Positions 12,182-25,180 are shown, counted from the first letter of the stretch. The stretch: DNA of 52,544 nucleotides from Octopus bimaculoides (GCF_001194135.2 NC_068987.1:34587611-34640154), one strand, 5' to 3'. Made by a program: numbers and translations. The notes: a model not told the origin generated them from the letters alone.

Positions 12182-13033
12182 TCAAATGTAATAACTGTTT
12201 CTTAAATTCTTGTGGAAATGCACAAGTCTACTGCTTTTGGTAGTCAGAGTTTGTGAAGTTGTGTTTAAAGGACGCGTTTGTAATGCTGTGTGTGTGTTAT
12301 CTGTAGTGGGGTTGGAAATGTTTTTTTCTATGTGAGCCCTTTTTAGTCTAGCAGCAGAAATAAAGTCTTTACGGCCGTTAAGGCCTAAGGTGAAAACCTT
12401 ATCCGTACAAGAAAGCACACGAATTGGTCCTGAATACGGTGCTGTGAAAAGATGTTTCACGGCATCGTCGGGAAAGAAAGCATGTGTCCACGAACGATAG
12501 TCCTTAGGTAAATATGTTTTAGTATCTTGTTTTCTGGTGTTCATATGTGGTAACTTTGACATATAATCACGAAAGCGTTCAACGAAATTTGTAGTGTCGA
12601 TATCTTGCGTGTTTGCAGGAACAATTATCTGACCAGGCAGCGTCAAGGAAGAACCATAAAGCAATTCTGCAGGAGAATATCCAATATCTTATTTTATAGA
12701 AGAGCGGTGACCCAAGAGAACAATAGGAAGAAACTAAATCCATCGAGCTAGATCATCAGAAGCACACATTTTAGTTTTAAGCTGTCGGTGAAATATTTCG
12801 ATCATACCGTTTGAAGCTGGGTGGTAACTAGCGGAATGAATGTGTTTGTTATTCAAATCAACAAATGGTTGACCTTCAGACGCTTCGTCCAAGTTAATTT
12901 CTGCAGTTGAAAATAACGTGTTTACAGGTAAACGGGATAAAGAATCTGCAAAAATGTTCTCAGAAATTGGAATATATCGCATATCATTCTTGAATTGTGA
13001 AATGTAATCCAAATGTCGAAAGTCTATCAGCAA
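12182..13033 (-). pseudogene. Gypsy integrase remnant with a large deletion
   Basis: ADSLSR (end of the RNase H region) is fused in frame to HSASYHPASNGMIEIFHRQLK (cf. YHPQSNGxxERxHRxLK). The GPY/F-like FTAPYSGPIRVL lies in ORF 12182-12664. The HHCC zinc finger and first catalytic Asp region are absent. Confidence 0.85.
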
Positions 13034-13482
13034 TTTGTCTGGCTTGCAGTGTAAATCGAAATATATCGGCTACGGTCCGTAGATATTGTGAAGTTTCTTC
13101 CTTCCAAAATGTGTTGGAAGTGTTTAACTGAGGGGTACATTGCTAACAGTTCACGACTAAACGCACTATACTTAGTTTCAGGTGGTTTAACAGAAAAACG
13201 CCAGAGGTTGTCACTCGTCTTGATGGAGTTGTGGAATGACTGCTCCGACACTAATTTCGGACGCATCGACTGCAAGAGAAATTTTGGCATCAAATTTGGC
13301 TGAGCTAAAATGGAGACACGGGAGAGTTTCTGTTTAACATCGTCGAAAGCTTGTATTTCAGCTGGAGTTAAAATGAATTTTTCTATTCTCTTCTTGCGAT
13401 GTTGCAGTAATTTGTTGAGAGAGTGTAAAGTTTTCTGCTCAATGAGATATAAAACGTCGATAGAAATGAGCAAATCAAACAA
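13027..13482 (-). pseudogene. Gypsy RNase H / RT connection remnant
   Basis: PAEIQAFDDVKQKL...ETKYSAFSRELLAMYPSVKHFQHILEGRNFTISTD; frameshifted. Confidence 0.9.
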
Positions 13483-13499
13483 ATTGTCTGAGTTGTCTT

Positions 13500-14206
13500 A
13501 ATGAAACAGGAACTGGAATTTTTACGATAGCCTCAACCTATTCTGGCAAAGACCTAATTCTGTCCTTATCAATGGTGTGTCCAAGGAAAATGAGAGAAGG
13601 CACACCGAAAATACATTTGGCAGTGTTCATACAAATTTTGTATACGGAAAGCCTTTGTAAAATTTGATTCAAATGAATCTTATGTTCTTTCTCGGAAGAA
13701 CTAGAGATGAGGAGATCGTCAGTAGAGGCGTAGGCGAAATCTAATCCACGTATTACTTCATTAATGAAACGTTGAAAAGTGCTGGCAACGTTTTTTCACC
13801 CAAAGCGCATGCTAAAACATTCAAATGACCCGAACGGAGTTGCGATAGCGATTTTCGGAATATCATTTGGATTTACAGGAATCTGATGGTATACTCGAGT
13901 CAAATCTCTTTTTGAGAAAATGAGGCAACCATGCGGAGAAGATGCAAACGCATTATTATGTGGTATATGATATCTATCTGTAATAGTAATAGCGTTGAGT
14001 TGTCTATAGTCACCAATAGGTCTAAACTCACCAGGAGTGATACAAGTTATTCTTTGAAGGAAGAATTCCTCAAAGCTGGGGCATGTGGCTGAGCTCTGCT
14101 TTAGCACCTTTGAGTTCTTCAGGTGGTAGATGTCTAGGACATGAGAAATGGGGAGACCCACTGGTGGATCCATGATGAGTAGTTTTATGTGTTGAAGCAT
14201 TGACAT
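13500..14206 (-). pseudogene. Gypsy reverse transcriptase remnant
   Basis: FRPIGDYRQLNAITITDRYHIPH, FSKRDLTRVYHQIPV and TPFGSFECFSMRFG. The catalytic motif is degraded to GLDFAYASTDDLLI (YxDD to STDD, about 13712-13750). Confidence 0.92.
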
Positions 14207-14352
14207 TGACAGTTAATTTGTTAATACAGGAAAGGATTGAAGCATGGCTTGATAAAAAAATAGGGGGCAGACAGAAGTAGAATTGAAATATCTACCTAAA
14301 TCATATAACTGTGTACTGCTATCAATAAGTTTCTTTCTTTCGAAATCCACTC

Positions 14353-14619
14353 CTAAAATTGGGTGAGGAAGGTCATGATGAAAACCCACGGGAAACTGCA
14401 ACTGAGATTCAGTTCCACTGTGAGTGAAGTCTCACAGAAAATTTTAATAGGAGAGCTGTTGACTGATTGAAGAGATATGTCTGAAGCGAAACGTTTTTCT
14501 TTAATACATTTAGACGGCCATATACTGCAAGACGCTCCGGCTAGAAATTCCTTCTTAGACTCGAAATCTAATATGCAAAATGAGCGACTAGGAGAAAAAG
14601 TACCAGGAACTGTGGTCAC
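14353..14619 (-). pseudogene. Gypsy aspartic protease remnant
   Basis: EFLAGASCSIWP corresponds to FLVDTGAxxS with the catalytic Asp deleted; FPWVFIM is downstream. Confidence 0.7.
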
Positions 14620-14665
14620 GCTCGAAGTTCGGCTTTTTAGTTTTCATGAGTTTTAAAGGTACAAG

Positions 14666-15382
14666 CTACAAAGCCAAATTAATAATGATACCAGTATAAA
14701 TGTTTTGATCTGCTAGGGGAACGGGAATTAGAAAGACGATAGCTCGAGGTGAAGAACTTCTTTTGAAACCCAAGAGACGAACTTCTGCGACTAGCTTATC
14801 TATAGTCCTCTGCGTAGATTCACGAAATTCTTTGAATTCAGACGAAACTGCAGCAACTGCCAAAAGAGAGGTCTTCTGTTCTGGAGTGAATTTTGTATCC
14901 TCCAAAATTTTATCTGCTGACGCTGCAAGTTGGTCGACCGTGCTAACGTCGGTCAAATGGCTGAGAATACCTTGAACATATTGTGATAATCAGGAGAAAA
15001 CGAATTGTTTAAGCATCTTACTTTCAGCAGGGTTTTCCCCCGTGAGCTGGCACATTTTCCCTGAGCAGAGCATTGGTAATGCTGTTCCGTCTCCTAAATG
15101 CTCGTCGTTGAGAAGTTTTCGAAACTTCTTTTCAGAACATAGTGAGGTTCGTCTTCAAATTTCGCTTTTAATTGATGAATACATTGCATCCATCGGTGGA
15201 GCTGTCATAATATCTCGCAATTCTCCATTTAGTGATGGTGTTATAGAGGTAAGTAAAATGTAGAGCTGCTTTTGGTCTGAATTGTGTTTGTTTGCAGAGA
15301 AAAATGCTTCCAACTGGGCAAACCAGACAGCGATATCTACTGTGAAAATTGGTAATACTGGATGATTCATAGCAGATATCAT
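14666..15382 (-). pseudogene. Gypsy gag remnant
   Basis: LPIFTVDIAVWFAQLEAFF matches the LPPFWxxxxxxWFxQxEAxF N-terminal gag motif (DUF7041-like) of invertebrate Gypsy elements. VDQLAASADKI is downstream. Confidence 0.85.
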
Positions 15383-15446
15383 CGTCGGTTAAGTTGAAGA
15401 TAATTCAACTGCAGAAATTGTGGCATGGAAAGTAGTAGAATATATC

Positions 15447-15464
15447 TAAATATGTCGGGTTCCA
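15447..15464 (-). promoter_or_regulatory. Primer binding site
   Basis: TGGAACCCGACA on the minus strand starts immediately after the 5' LTR; TGG is complementary to tRNA CCA. The primer tRNA was not identified. Confidence 0.7.
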
Positions 15465-15955
15465 CGTCGGTGGTAATATATAATCAGTACAAGGTGTTGA
15501 TATGGCTGTGTCTTTGTTATTTACAATAGTTCATAAAGAAATGAAGAATAAATTCAAGACGTATAGATATAGATATACTACATAAAAAATATATTTTATT
15601 TACTGGTCGATGATGATACATAGAATTAATATGTAAAATTTAGTTGAATGAAGTAATCTATGCAAGAAAGTTCAGAGATAGGAGATATAGAAATCCCAGC
15701 TAAGTAGTAGTTTTCAGTAAGTGACGTAGAGAAATACACAGACAGCAATGACGTGAAAGGCTCTAAGTCTAATTGACTAAGAAGCGAAGAGCAGGATTTG
15801 CAAGATAGAAGCTTCCAAGAGAAATGATAAGCTTCTTGAATAATTAAGAATCACGTCTCATGACACGCATGCTTCGACAAACTCAGTAAAGCAAGGTTAC
15901 TCTATAATCTTTCTTGCAAAAGAGACCATTCAACTATTTAGCTACGTAAACCACA
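15465..15955 (-). repeat. 5' LTR of the Gypsy element
   Basis: Aligns with 11577-12088; the terminal ACA is mutated to ACG. Confidence 0.92.
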
Positions 15956-16457
15956 AGTACTTGTGAGAACCCGTAATAAATGTACATAGTCTCCAATTTT
16001 TTTTGTCACATAGATTATGAAGTCGTCTCTTTTATTTTCCCAAATATCTCTTTCCCATGTTAGTTGATAATTATTAGTCAGAATAAGTTTTACATTTGCC
16101 AAGTTGCCCAGTGGTCTTCAGCAGATGTCGACCCAATTTCTCTTCAAACTTAGTCAACATGCTCACACTCGTGTCAGCGTATGTACTTTCATTTAGTTCT
16201 TCATATATTCAGACAGATATTTTATTAATAGCATTATTTACTCAAATACACAAATATGCACCTGCATACACGCAAACCTCTGTAAATGTAATTATTTGTT
16301 CCCATGTGTATACATAATATGTGGAGAAGCGCACGCACACAAGCGCATACACACTTGCACAAATACACACACGTTAGTAGCAACACAGACGGGGACAAAT
16401 GTTATTATTTCAACCTTTCTTTCTGTCCCTGTGTACGCTTCTGTTTAACATGGTAAC

Positions 16458-16476
16458 GAAAGAAAGAAAGAAAGAG

Positions 16477-16550
<74 letters not shown>

Positions 16551-16570
16551 GAGAGAGAGAGAGAAAAGAG
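16458..16570. repeat. (AAAG)n/(AG)n microsatellite
   Basis: Directly visible. Confidence 0.95.
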
Positions 16571-18335
16571 AGTAATGGAGTATAGAAAAGGCAGTGTAAT
16601 GCAAAATATGTGTGTACTATACTAGTAGAAAAAATTAAAACCTTTTATGATGGCATGACATTTTTGTTGTGTATTTAATCCGAACCATTCAGAAATATAT
16701 GTGGATAGAACAGGTGTATTGTGTAGTGAAACAGAGAAACAAAAATAGGCAAATACAAATAGTAAAATGATAGGTGAATGCGATAGAGAAAGAGATTGTA
16801 GATTAAAAAAATAATAAATTGGAGGATTAGTTCTGAAATTTACCACCTATTATTATAATCGTTCTTATTTGTTTTATTATTTTAAGCAAAAATTATTTAC
16901 ATTTAATTACCTGTTCGTTATTCCATCGCTAATATTTGTGCATTATCTCTAGGAGATGTTTACTGTATCTTGTTTTCCTGTTTAGTATGCTTCCAGCCAA
17001 TGTTTTAAACCATCATTTGTATTATATTTTCGTAGTATTATTGTGTATTTTTATTATTATTTTCTCTAATGTTGGTGGTGGTGCTCTTTAGTTATTTTTA
17101 CTTTTTTGATAGTTCATATATCTGATGTATTTATTTTTAAATAATTTTAAAATGGTGAAATTAGATGATAATTTTGTGAATTCATAAGAGGCTTTGATAA
17201 AATTCCAATCTCCTTTATTAGTTTATTTTTTTGTGCTTAATTCTGTTGAATATTTGTACATGCTTGTATATGTGGTGTTTTATATGTTTCTACACTTGCA
17301 TTTACAAGCACATGTGAATATCTACACATGAATATGTTTATACCTTTATAATTATATATAATAACTTAATATATTACATTTTAGTTTAGTGTGAAGTTAT
17401 TTTTCTGGGTATGTGTTTGTTTATTCCACTGCAAAGCAATGTTTAAACTGAAACACAGTTTCAATTCTTTGTTAATATTATTCAACAATCTTCCAATAAA
17501 TGCATTTCCTGCTGCATATTAAATGAATTGATCATCACTTATATCATCAGTTATATTCCAAAGACACGAAAATGAATACCCTCATTACAATGGAATAAAA
17601 TATAGTAAACGCATTAAAGATAATTTAGTATAATGTGTTTAGCTTATGTGGCTTCTTATAGAAAATGTAAAGATTATGCTGTTTAATGCCAGTTATATAA
17701 CTAAATTAGAAACGTTAATTTGTAGTTTACTATCATAGTTTCTGTATTCTCTATTGTTGAAAAATTTCGACTCTGATTATAGCTATCTTCTAGATGGTTT
17801 CTCTTCTCAGTTAACACACATATACATCCATTGAAGTTTTCTGACGAATGTTCACATAGTTCTGAATCAAGTATTTCTCACCTATATAGGAATAAAACGG
17901 TAATTTCATGTTCTTAATATTACAATTCGTTTCTTCTTTGTAATATCTCACAAAAGTGGCATATTGTCACTTATATATATTACATGAATGTTTATGTATT
18001 TTATGTTGGGTTCAGGTTTTGGCAAAAGGCCAGCAAATTAGTGAGAGAGAGAGAGAGAGTAAGTCGACTACCTCAACCTAAGTAGGCAGGAAGTGCCTAC
18101 TTAGGCACAGAGATGTATTCGGACACATACAACGGGATAGACCTTGCTTGTAAAGCTGAATGACAAACTCAGTAAGTTAAAATAAGTAACTCATTGATTC
18201 TAACATTTTTGATAAACGGTTACGTCTCCATTTAGTTAAGCTTATACCACAACTAATTTTCACTCATATAATCCCAGCCATCCAAAAGAGGAACTTGTCA
18301 AAGACAATATACAACTAAATGGATCACAGTTTAGG

Positions 18336-18387
18336 CAAAGTCTGATGAAGGTGAGCATATGGAAAAACCGAAATCAGTTCTCTTTTG
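18336..18387 (+). ncRNA. Possible degenerate minimal type I hammerhead ribozyme (Penelope-type 3' end)
   Basis: CTGATGA (18342-48), A, GGT...ACC stem II, GAAA (18370-73), T-CA-GT-T. Imperfect stem I (CAAAG/CTTTTG). AATAAA is about 20 nt downstream. Confidence 0.35.
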
Positions 18388-21300
18388 TAATATGTAATAA
18401 AAATGCATCTTTCTAAATATAGTAAATAACGTGTCAGTTTAATTCTACTATATGTTTATATATACATTTTCATTAAAACGTAATCGTACACAAATGTATA
18501 TGTGCGTCGGTGCGTCTGCAACTTTGTGCCAGTACGCAAATTTCATTCTATCAATTTAAGCTTCCAAATAGCATTTATATTTCAGCAGTGGCACTAAATT
18601 CCTTTTATCCAACATATCTCCATCTACTTAAAACATTTCTCCTATCTATTAGCATGATTCAGTTTGAAATGCAATATTTATTCTTCCATTGGCCTGCCAT
18701 AGAATCGAAGTAGTGAAATCCACGTGATTACTCGGTATTAATCAATTTCATACCTAGTGGCATTCATTCGCTTTTCTTCTTATCTTCTGGTACAAAATTA
18801 TTCTATCTGTATTTTGTAGTTAATCTTATTTCTATTTGCAATTACTTTTATTTCCTCCTTTTACTCTACCTTATAAGTGCATATAATCACATGTTAAAAC
18901 ATTAGCACATTACTACACTCATACACAAACGGACACCAACAATGACACATTCACAATTGTTTGTATGCGCACGTATATTTATATATTCAGTACGACATTT
19001 TTGCCACCATGCTCAATGTAAAACACAGACGATGTAAAAAGTATCATATAATATAGATAAAAGAAATAAGGAATTTGTAGGGCAGATTTCAGTTTCAATT
19101 ACTCAGATACATGTGGCCTTTTGCAAGCTGTTTCTCACTTCTAACAGACTATTTGGTACATTAGACGTAAATATGGTGATTTCAGGTTTCCAAGTATATT
19201 GTGCGTTTCTATGCATAATAAGTGTGACACGGGAGGGAACTGAATTTGATTAGATACTACAATGTCCAATTGTCACTATGTGTTGCTCCCTCAGTCTCAC
19301 TCTTTCTCAATATATATATATATATATTCACATACACGCATACTTATAAATATACATACGGACAGACACGTATTTATACATACATTTATATATANNNNNN
19401 NNNNNNNNNNNNNNNNNNNNNNNNNNNNNNNNNNNNNNNNNNNNNNNNNNNNNNNNNNNNNNNNNNNNNNNNNNNNNNNNNNNNNNNNNNNNNNNNNNNN
19501 NNNNNNNNNNNNNNNNNNNNNNNNNNNNNNNNNNNNNNNNNNNNNNNNNNNNNNNNNNNNNNNNNNNNNNNNNNNNNNNNNNNNNNNNNNNNNNNNNNNN
19601 NNNNNNNNNNNNNNNNNNNNNNNNNNNNNNNNNNNNNNNNNNNNNNNNNNNNNNNNNNNNNNNNNNNNNNNNNNNNNNNNNNNNNNNNNNNNNNNNNNNN
19701 NNNNNNNNNNNNNNNNNNNNNNNNNNNNNNNNNNNNNNNNNNNNNNNNNNNNNNNNNNNNNNNNNNNNNNNNNNNNNNNNNNNNNNNNNNNNNNNNNNNN
19801 NNNNNNNNNNNNNNNNNNNNNNNNNNNNNNNNNNNNNNNNNNNNNNNNNNNNNNNNNNNNNNNNNNNNNNNNNNNNNNNNNNNNNNNNNNNNNNNNNNNN
19901 NNNNNNNNNNNNNNNNNNNNNNNNNNNNNNNNNNNNNNNNNNNNNNNNNNNNNNNNNNNNNNNNNNNNNNNNNNNNNNNNNNNNNNNNNNNNNNNNNNNN
20001 NNNNNNNNNNNNNNNNNNNNNNNNNNNNNNNNNNNNNNNNNNNNNNNNNNNNNNNNNNNNNNNNNNNNNNNNNNNNNNNNNNNNNNNNNNNNNNNNNNNN
20101 NNNNNNNNNNNNNNNNNNNNNNNNNNNNNNNNNNNNNNNNNNNNNNNNNNNNNNNNNNNNNNNNNNNNNNNNNNNNNNNNNNNNNNNNNNNNNNNNNNNN
20201 NNNNNNNNNNNNNNNNNNNNNNNNNNNNNNNNNNNNNNNNNNNNNNNNNNNNNNNNNNNNNNNNNNNNNNNNNNNNNNNNNNTTCCAGCTAAATTTTTAT
20301 CAACGACTATCTATCTATAAAGCTCTCCACAAATTCTTTATATATATTATGAATTCTTTCTTGTTGCGACCTGATCTATATAGAGTGAGAGAAGAAGTAA
20401 CTTAAAACTGAAAGATTCAGTGTTGGAGGATTGAATACATAGAAAGCTTATGTGTGTTCAACCAAGGAAACAAAAATGAAATCTTTCACATTTTTGACAT
20501 TATATCCATCTTCTGAAAGTAAATCAGCTTCTGAGGAATCATTGGAAAACATAACGAGCATGTTCGTTGCTGAAAATTTGTTTGAATTAACGATGGGAGT
20601 CGTATGAAGGGATATAAGCAAGTGTTGAACGTCATACTGTGATTTGTCATCATATGGGTGAGATGCTTGTGTAAATGTTTGTGGGCATATGCAAATTAGT
20701 TGGCATTAGTTACTGTTTGTGAGATTGGATGTCAGGGTGGACACGTGATCATATATGAATGCTTGCGTACATATACGATTACGTGTGAGTAAGAATGTGT
20801 GAGAATGAATATACATATATCATGAATGAGGTGATGTGCAATGATGCTTTTTAGGTCTAATGATAGCGCTGTATGATTTGCATTTCTATGGAGATAAATG
20901 TTTTGACCAATGAATAGCAATTATTTATACGTATTATATATGCATACTTATATTCACACACACACTAATGACCACGCAAATACATATATCAATGTGTGCG
21001 TGTATACAGGTATATATNNNNNNNNNNNNNNNNNNNNNNNNNNNNNNNNNNNNNNNNNNNNNNNNNNNNNNNNNNNNNNNNNNNNNNNNNNNNNNNNNNN
21101 NNNNNNNNNNNNNNNNNNNNNNNNNNNNNNNNNNNNNNNNNNNNNNNNNNNNNNNNNNNNNNNNNNNNNNNNNNNNNNNNNNNNNNNNNNNNNNNNNNNN
21201 NNNNNNNNNNNNNNNNNNNNNNNNNNNNNNNNNNNNNNNNNNNNNNNNNNNNNNNNNNNNNNNNNNNNNNNNNNNNNNNNNNNNNNNNNNNNNNNNNNNN

Positions 21301-21893
21301 NNNNNNNNNNNNNNNNNNNNNNNNNNNNNNNNNNNNNNNNNNNNNNNNNNNNNNNNNNNNNNNNNNNNNNNNNNNNNNNNNNNNNNNNNNNNNNNNNNNN
21401 NNNNNNNNNNNNNNNNNNNNNNNNNNNNNNNNNNNNNNNNNNNNNNNNNNNNNNNNNNNNNNNNNNNNNNNNNNNNNNNNNNNNNNNNNNNNNNNNNNNN
21501 NNNNNNNNNNNNNNNNNNNNNNNNNNNNNNNNNNNNNNNNNNNNNNNNNNNNNNNNNNNNNNNNNNNNNNNNNNNNNNNNNNNNNNNNNNNNNNNNNNNN
21601 NNNNNNNNNNNNNNNNNNNNNNNNNNNNNNNNNNNNNNNNNNNNNNNNNNNNNNNNNNNNNNNNNNNNNNNNNNNNNNNNNNNNNNNNNNNNNNNNNNNN
21701 NNNNNNNNNNNNNNNNNNNNNNNNNNNNNNNNNNNNNNNNNNNNNNNNNNNNNNNNNNNNNNNNNNNNNNNNNNNNNNNNNNNNNNNNNNNNNNNNNNNN
21801 NNNNNNNNNNNNNNNNNNNNNNNNNNNNNNNNNNNNNNNNNNNNNNNNNNNNNNNNNNNNNNNNNNNNNNNNNNNNNNNNNNNNNNNNNNNNN

Positions 21894-21928
<35 letters not shown>

Positions 21929-22204
21929 TATGTTTAAAGATAGTCTTATATTACTTACTTATATTGATTCACTGTTATAAAATATCACCGGTTTCGATCC
22001 GTATGCCCATTTTATCAGATATTAAGAATTGAAAGTGAAGAATGAGGGCTTAAGAAAAAAAATTGAAATTAAAAAGAGTTTGTTCTCATATTTTGTCCAT
22101 AGTTAAGATCAACCTGCTATATATACATGTGCACATATGCATGCATGCATGTATGTGTGTATGCATGTATGTATGTATGTATGCATGTATGTATGTATGT
22201 GTAG

Positions 22205-22890
22205 GAAAGTTGATTAGTGGGGTCTCACAGGACGCACCTGCCACAATCTGTGTCTTTTTGATATCTCTGGTATGCGGAATATCTGTTGGAAGCTTCATTT
22301 ATGGCGTCGTTTATGATGAATCTTGGAAGGCAATAAAAGTTGTTGGTTTTCAGTAGACTGTTACATAGTCATTTCCCTTTTCCGTTAAGTATATTGGGAA
22401 GATTTGGATGAGTGTAGAACGCTTTTTATTTATTTTAGATTGTTAGCAATGGTTATGCTTTTCATGAGTGCTCTCATAAAGAGAGTGTAGAGTTTATGAA
22501 TTTTTCTTTGTCCATAATGACTACAACATTACTGTTATCAGATTTATTAATTACTATATTTCGATCATTTTTGGGATCATTAATTTTTTCGCGTTCTTCT
22601 TGGCTCGTATTTAGTTTAAATTTCGGATTCACTTTTAAATTATAGGGGGCGTTGTTTATGAAATCGCATAATTTGTCCAGAGAACTATTCTTCCCGTTTA
22701 TCGGACTATACTTACTTTTATTATCACGCATAGAGTAATCATTGATTTCCTTTGCAATAATGTTTGTTACCCGTAACTTTCTAAAAAAAAATCCTGGAAA
22801 TCGTTCTGCATTTCATTTATGTTAGTATTCTGTGGTGTTTGAGCGTAATTCAGTCCTTTCCTGAGAATTTATATTTGTTTCGTTGACATA
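22205..22890 (-). mobile_element. Inverted 5' segment of a Penelope-like element (RT N-terminal region)
   Basis: Minus strand: LRKGLNYAQTP, NIVINKSDNSNVVVIMDK (cf. IKKADKGxxxVVMD), FYCLP(K)IH and IVAGASCET. Confidence 0.85.
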
Positions 22891-22894
22891 GATA

Positions 22895-24450
22895 TTGATA
22901 TAACCTATTATTACTATGTCACATCCCTGAGATCTAAGAATGAGACCAATTGTGGCAGGTTTCTCCTGTGTAACGCAATTATCATATTTCGTAACCAATT
23001 TTTAAACATATATCGAGCTTCAGAAGAGATGGCTTGGAATGTTCAATCATCTCCCAAGTAAAACCATGCTTGTTTTACTTGGGAGTTGTCTTATTAAATG
23101 TAATAAATCTCTACACCTCTATTCCACAAAATACTGAGTAGAAGCAATACATTTCAGGCTGGAAAACTTTCCATATGTCATATTTGACCGAATTGGAAAA
23201 GAGATTATAATTAAAGGATTAATATTCATCCCAGAAAATAACTTTTTTTTAACTTCAACTATACTGACAAATATCTAGGACTGCGTTGCAAATAAACGTA
23301 GCCTCCACTAACCTTATCATGGCATAGTTATACGTGCAAATACACGCCAATCTGAAATTTAGTAATCATTTCCCAAAATTCTTTCTTGCTAGGAAACGCT
23401 ACCTGGACAACTATTTTCATTATGTGGTCTCACAAGGTTGATCAACATTTGCAGTTTAAAAGCTTAATTGGTAACATAAACCACAGTATCCAACAGTATC
23501 CTATTTACAATGGAATAAAGTCAAAACAGCTACCTTTTCTGAACATTCTAATCATAGAAAGAGATGTTATCATGGAAACCGGCATCTACTTTACAGCAAC
23601 AAACTGAAATCAATATCTACTATTCTCTTCCTGTAATCCAAAGCTCACTAAAATCAATATACCTTTTAACTCGGGAAGAAAAATTCTCACAGATATTTCC
23701 AACCCTGAAACCTGGGAAAGAGGACTTCAAGAATTTTAAAATATATCATTCGAAAGAAAATACCTAGTCAGTTTAATCAATAACAGAAAAGTACATGCAA
23801 ATACGATAGACAAAAAGAATTACAAAATCAATAAAGTCACAGCCTGATAAACTTAAACCATTTCCTTTTGTCTCAATACACAATCCACGGAACATCGAAA
23901 CATGCAGAATTATCATTTAGTATACACTCCTTTCAATCAACCACCTATTAATGGAGAAAGCAGAGCATATATAAAAAAACTAAACAAAGACAAACTAAAC
24001 CTCGTACAAGGCTACTTGCTACCACTAAACGACCAGCTAAAAACACAATCCCACTGGTAAAAAGCTGTAACTGTCTTTATTGCGGGACTCACATCATTGT
24101 TATGGAAGGTTCAGCATATGAATTCAAAGCACGTTAAACATTTACCATTAAAAATCATCTCACCTGTACATCGAGTAAGTTAATTTATGTTCTCAAATGC
24201 GTCGGTCCTGGTGTGAATTACGGAGCCTAAATAAGCTTAACTTTGAAGGATAGAACGAGGAAGACTCTTCAAAGGCTTCCTGGCAACAAGGAAGACTCCT
24301 GAAAGTAAACACCAAGACATGTGTCCTGCAAACAAATACCCAAATAGCAAAATGTTCTCTCTCTCTTAATGCACAGGAAACATTTCAGCTCAATTCCGTT
24401 AGAATAAAGAAAATATGTTTACTAAATATGTTTCTTAAATATGTTTATTA
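22895..24450 (+). mobile_element. Penelope-like element, RT core plus GIY-YIG remnant (decayed)
   Basis: MRPIVAGFSCVT, NVINLYTSIP, EAIHFRLEN, ETGIYFTATN*NQYLLFSSCNPK and KSCNCLYCGTH...MEGSAYEFK...HLTCTSSKLIYVLKCVG. Each is collinear with the motifs of the 50555-52544 copy. Confidence 0.88.
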
Positions 24451-25068
24451 TTAACCGCAACTAACTACCCTATATCACTCAAGGGGGATCAAATTCAATT
24501 TGTCCGCGAAAAACTACTAGACGTTAGAGATATAAAGCAAAAGGGTAATTAACAGATGTCTCCGGCATTCGAAACCACAAATCGAAACTGCTGTCCAAAT
24601 ACTGCTGCACAATATCACAAACACAAGTTCCTGGCGTCACCTTAGATTGAACAAATTACATTTTATATGGTCATAAAAGGGCTTTCAGGAAACAAACAAA
24701 CCACGTATGTGACATCATCAAATTTTCAACCAATCAGATCTTGAACATTCAGCTTAAAATCCTATCCATATACAAAGCCATTTTAGCTGAAAAGAGTGTC
24801 AGCTGTCACGTGTAAAACCAGCAGCAAAGAAGCCCCTTTCATGTACAACGATAGAAATTGTGAAAGTGAAGGGATAAAAAACATTTTCTTTCTTTTGTTT
24901 TCTTTCTGACTCTTTCAAAAAATGTATACATTTTCTTATTCTATATTGTATTTTCCTATTCTAATCATTTACTTGGTAATTGTATATGCTAATATACTTC
25001 TTGTGACTATTCCAAATATAATTATTCCATTCTCTCTTACATGTGTATATGTATATATATATATATAT

Positions 25069-25111
<43 letters not shown>

Positions 25112-25180
25112 AACACATATATATGAAAGAAAACAAACAAAGTGTGTTTTAGAAGCATTGAGATGTATTGAAAGATACAG

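Larger units (their letters stand above)
11577..15955 (-). mobile_element. Ty3/Gypsy LTR retrotransposon, structurally complete, inactivated
   Basis: Two LTRs, a 4-bp TSD AGTA (11573-76 and 15956-59), PBS and PPT, with gag-PR-RT-RH-IN order on the minus strand. Confidence 0.95.

Noticed and set aside
16090-16190. Minus-strand peptide MLTKFEEKLGRHLLKTTGQLGK as an exon
   Set aside because: No polypyrimidine acceptor and a weak donor.
24780-24830. Possible hammerhead remnant downstream of the Penelope element (CTGAAAAG...AAAAC)
   Set aside because: Both core boxes are mutated and the stems are unconvincing.
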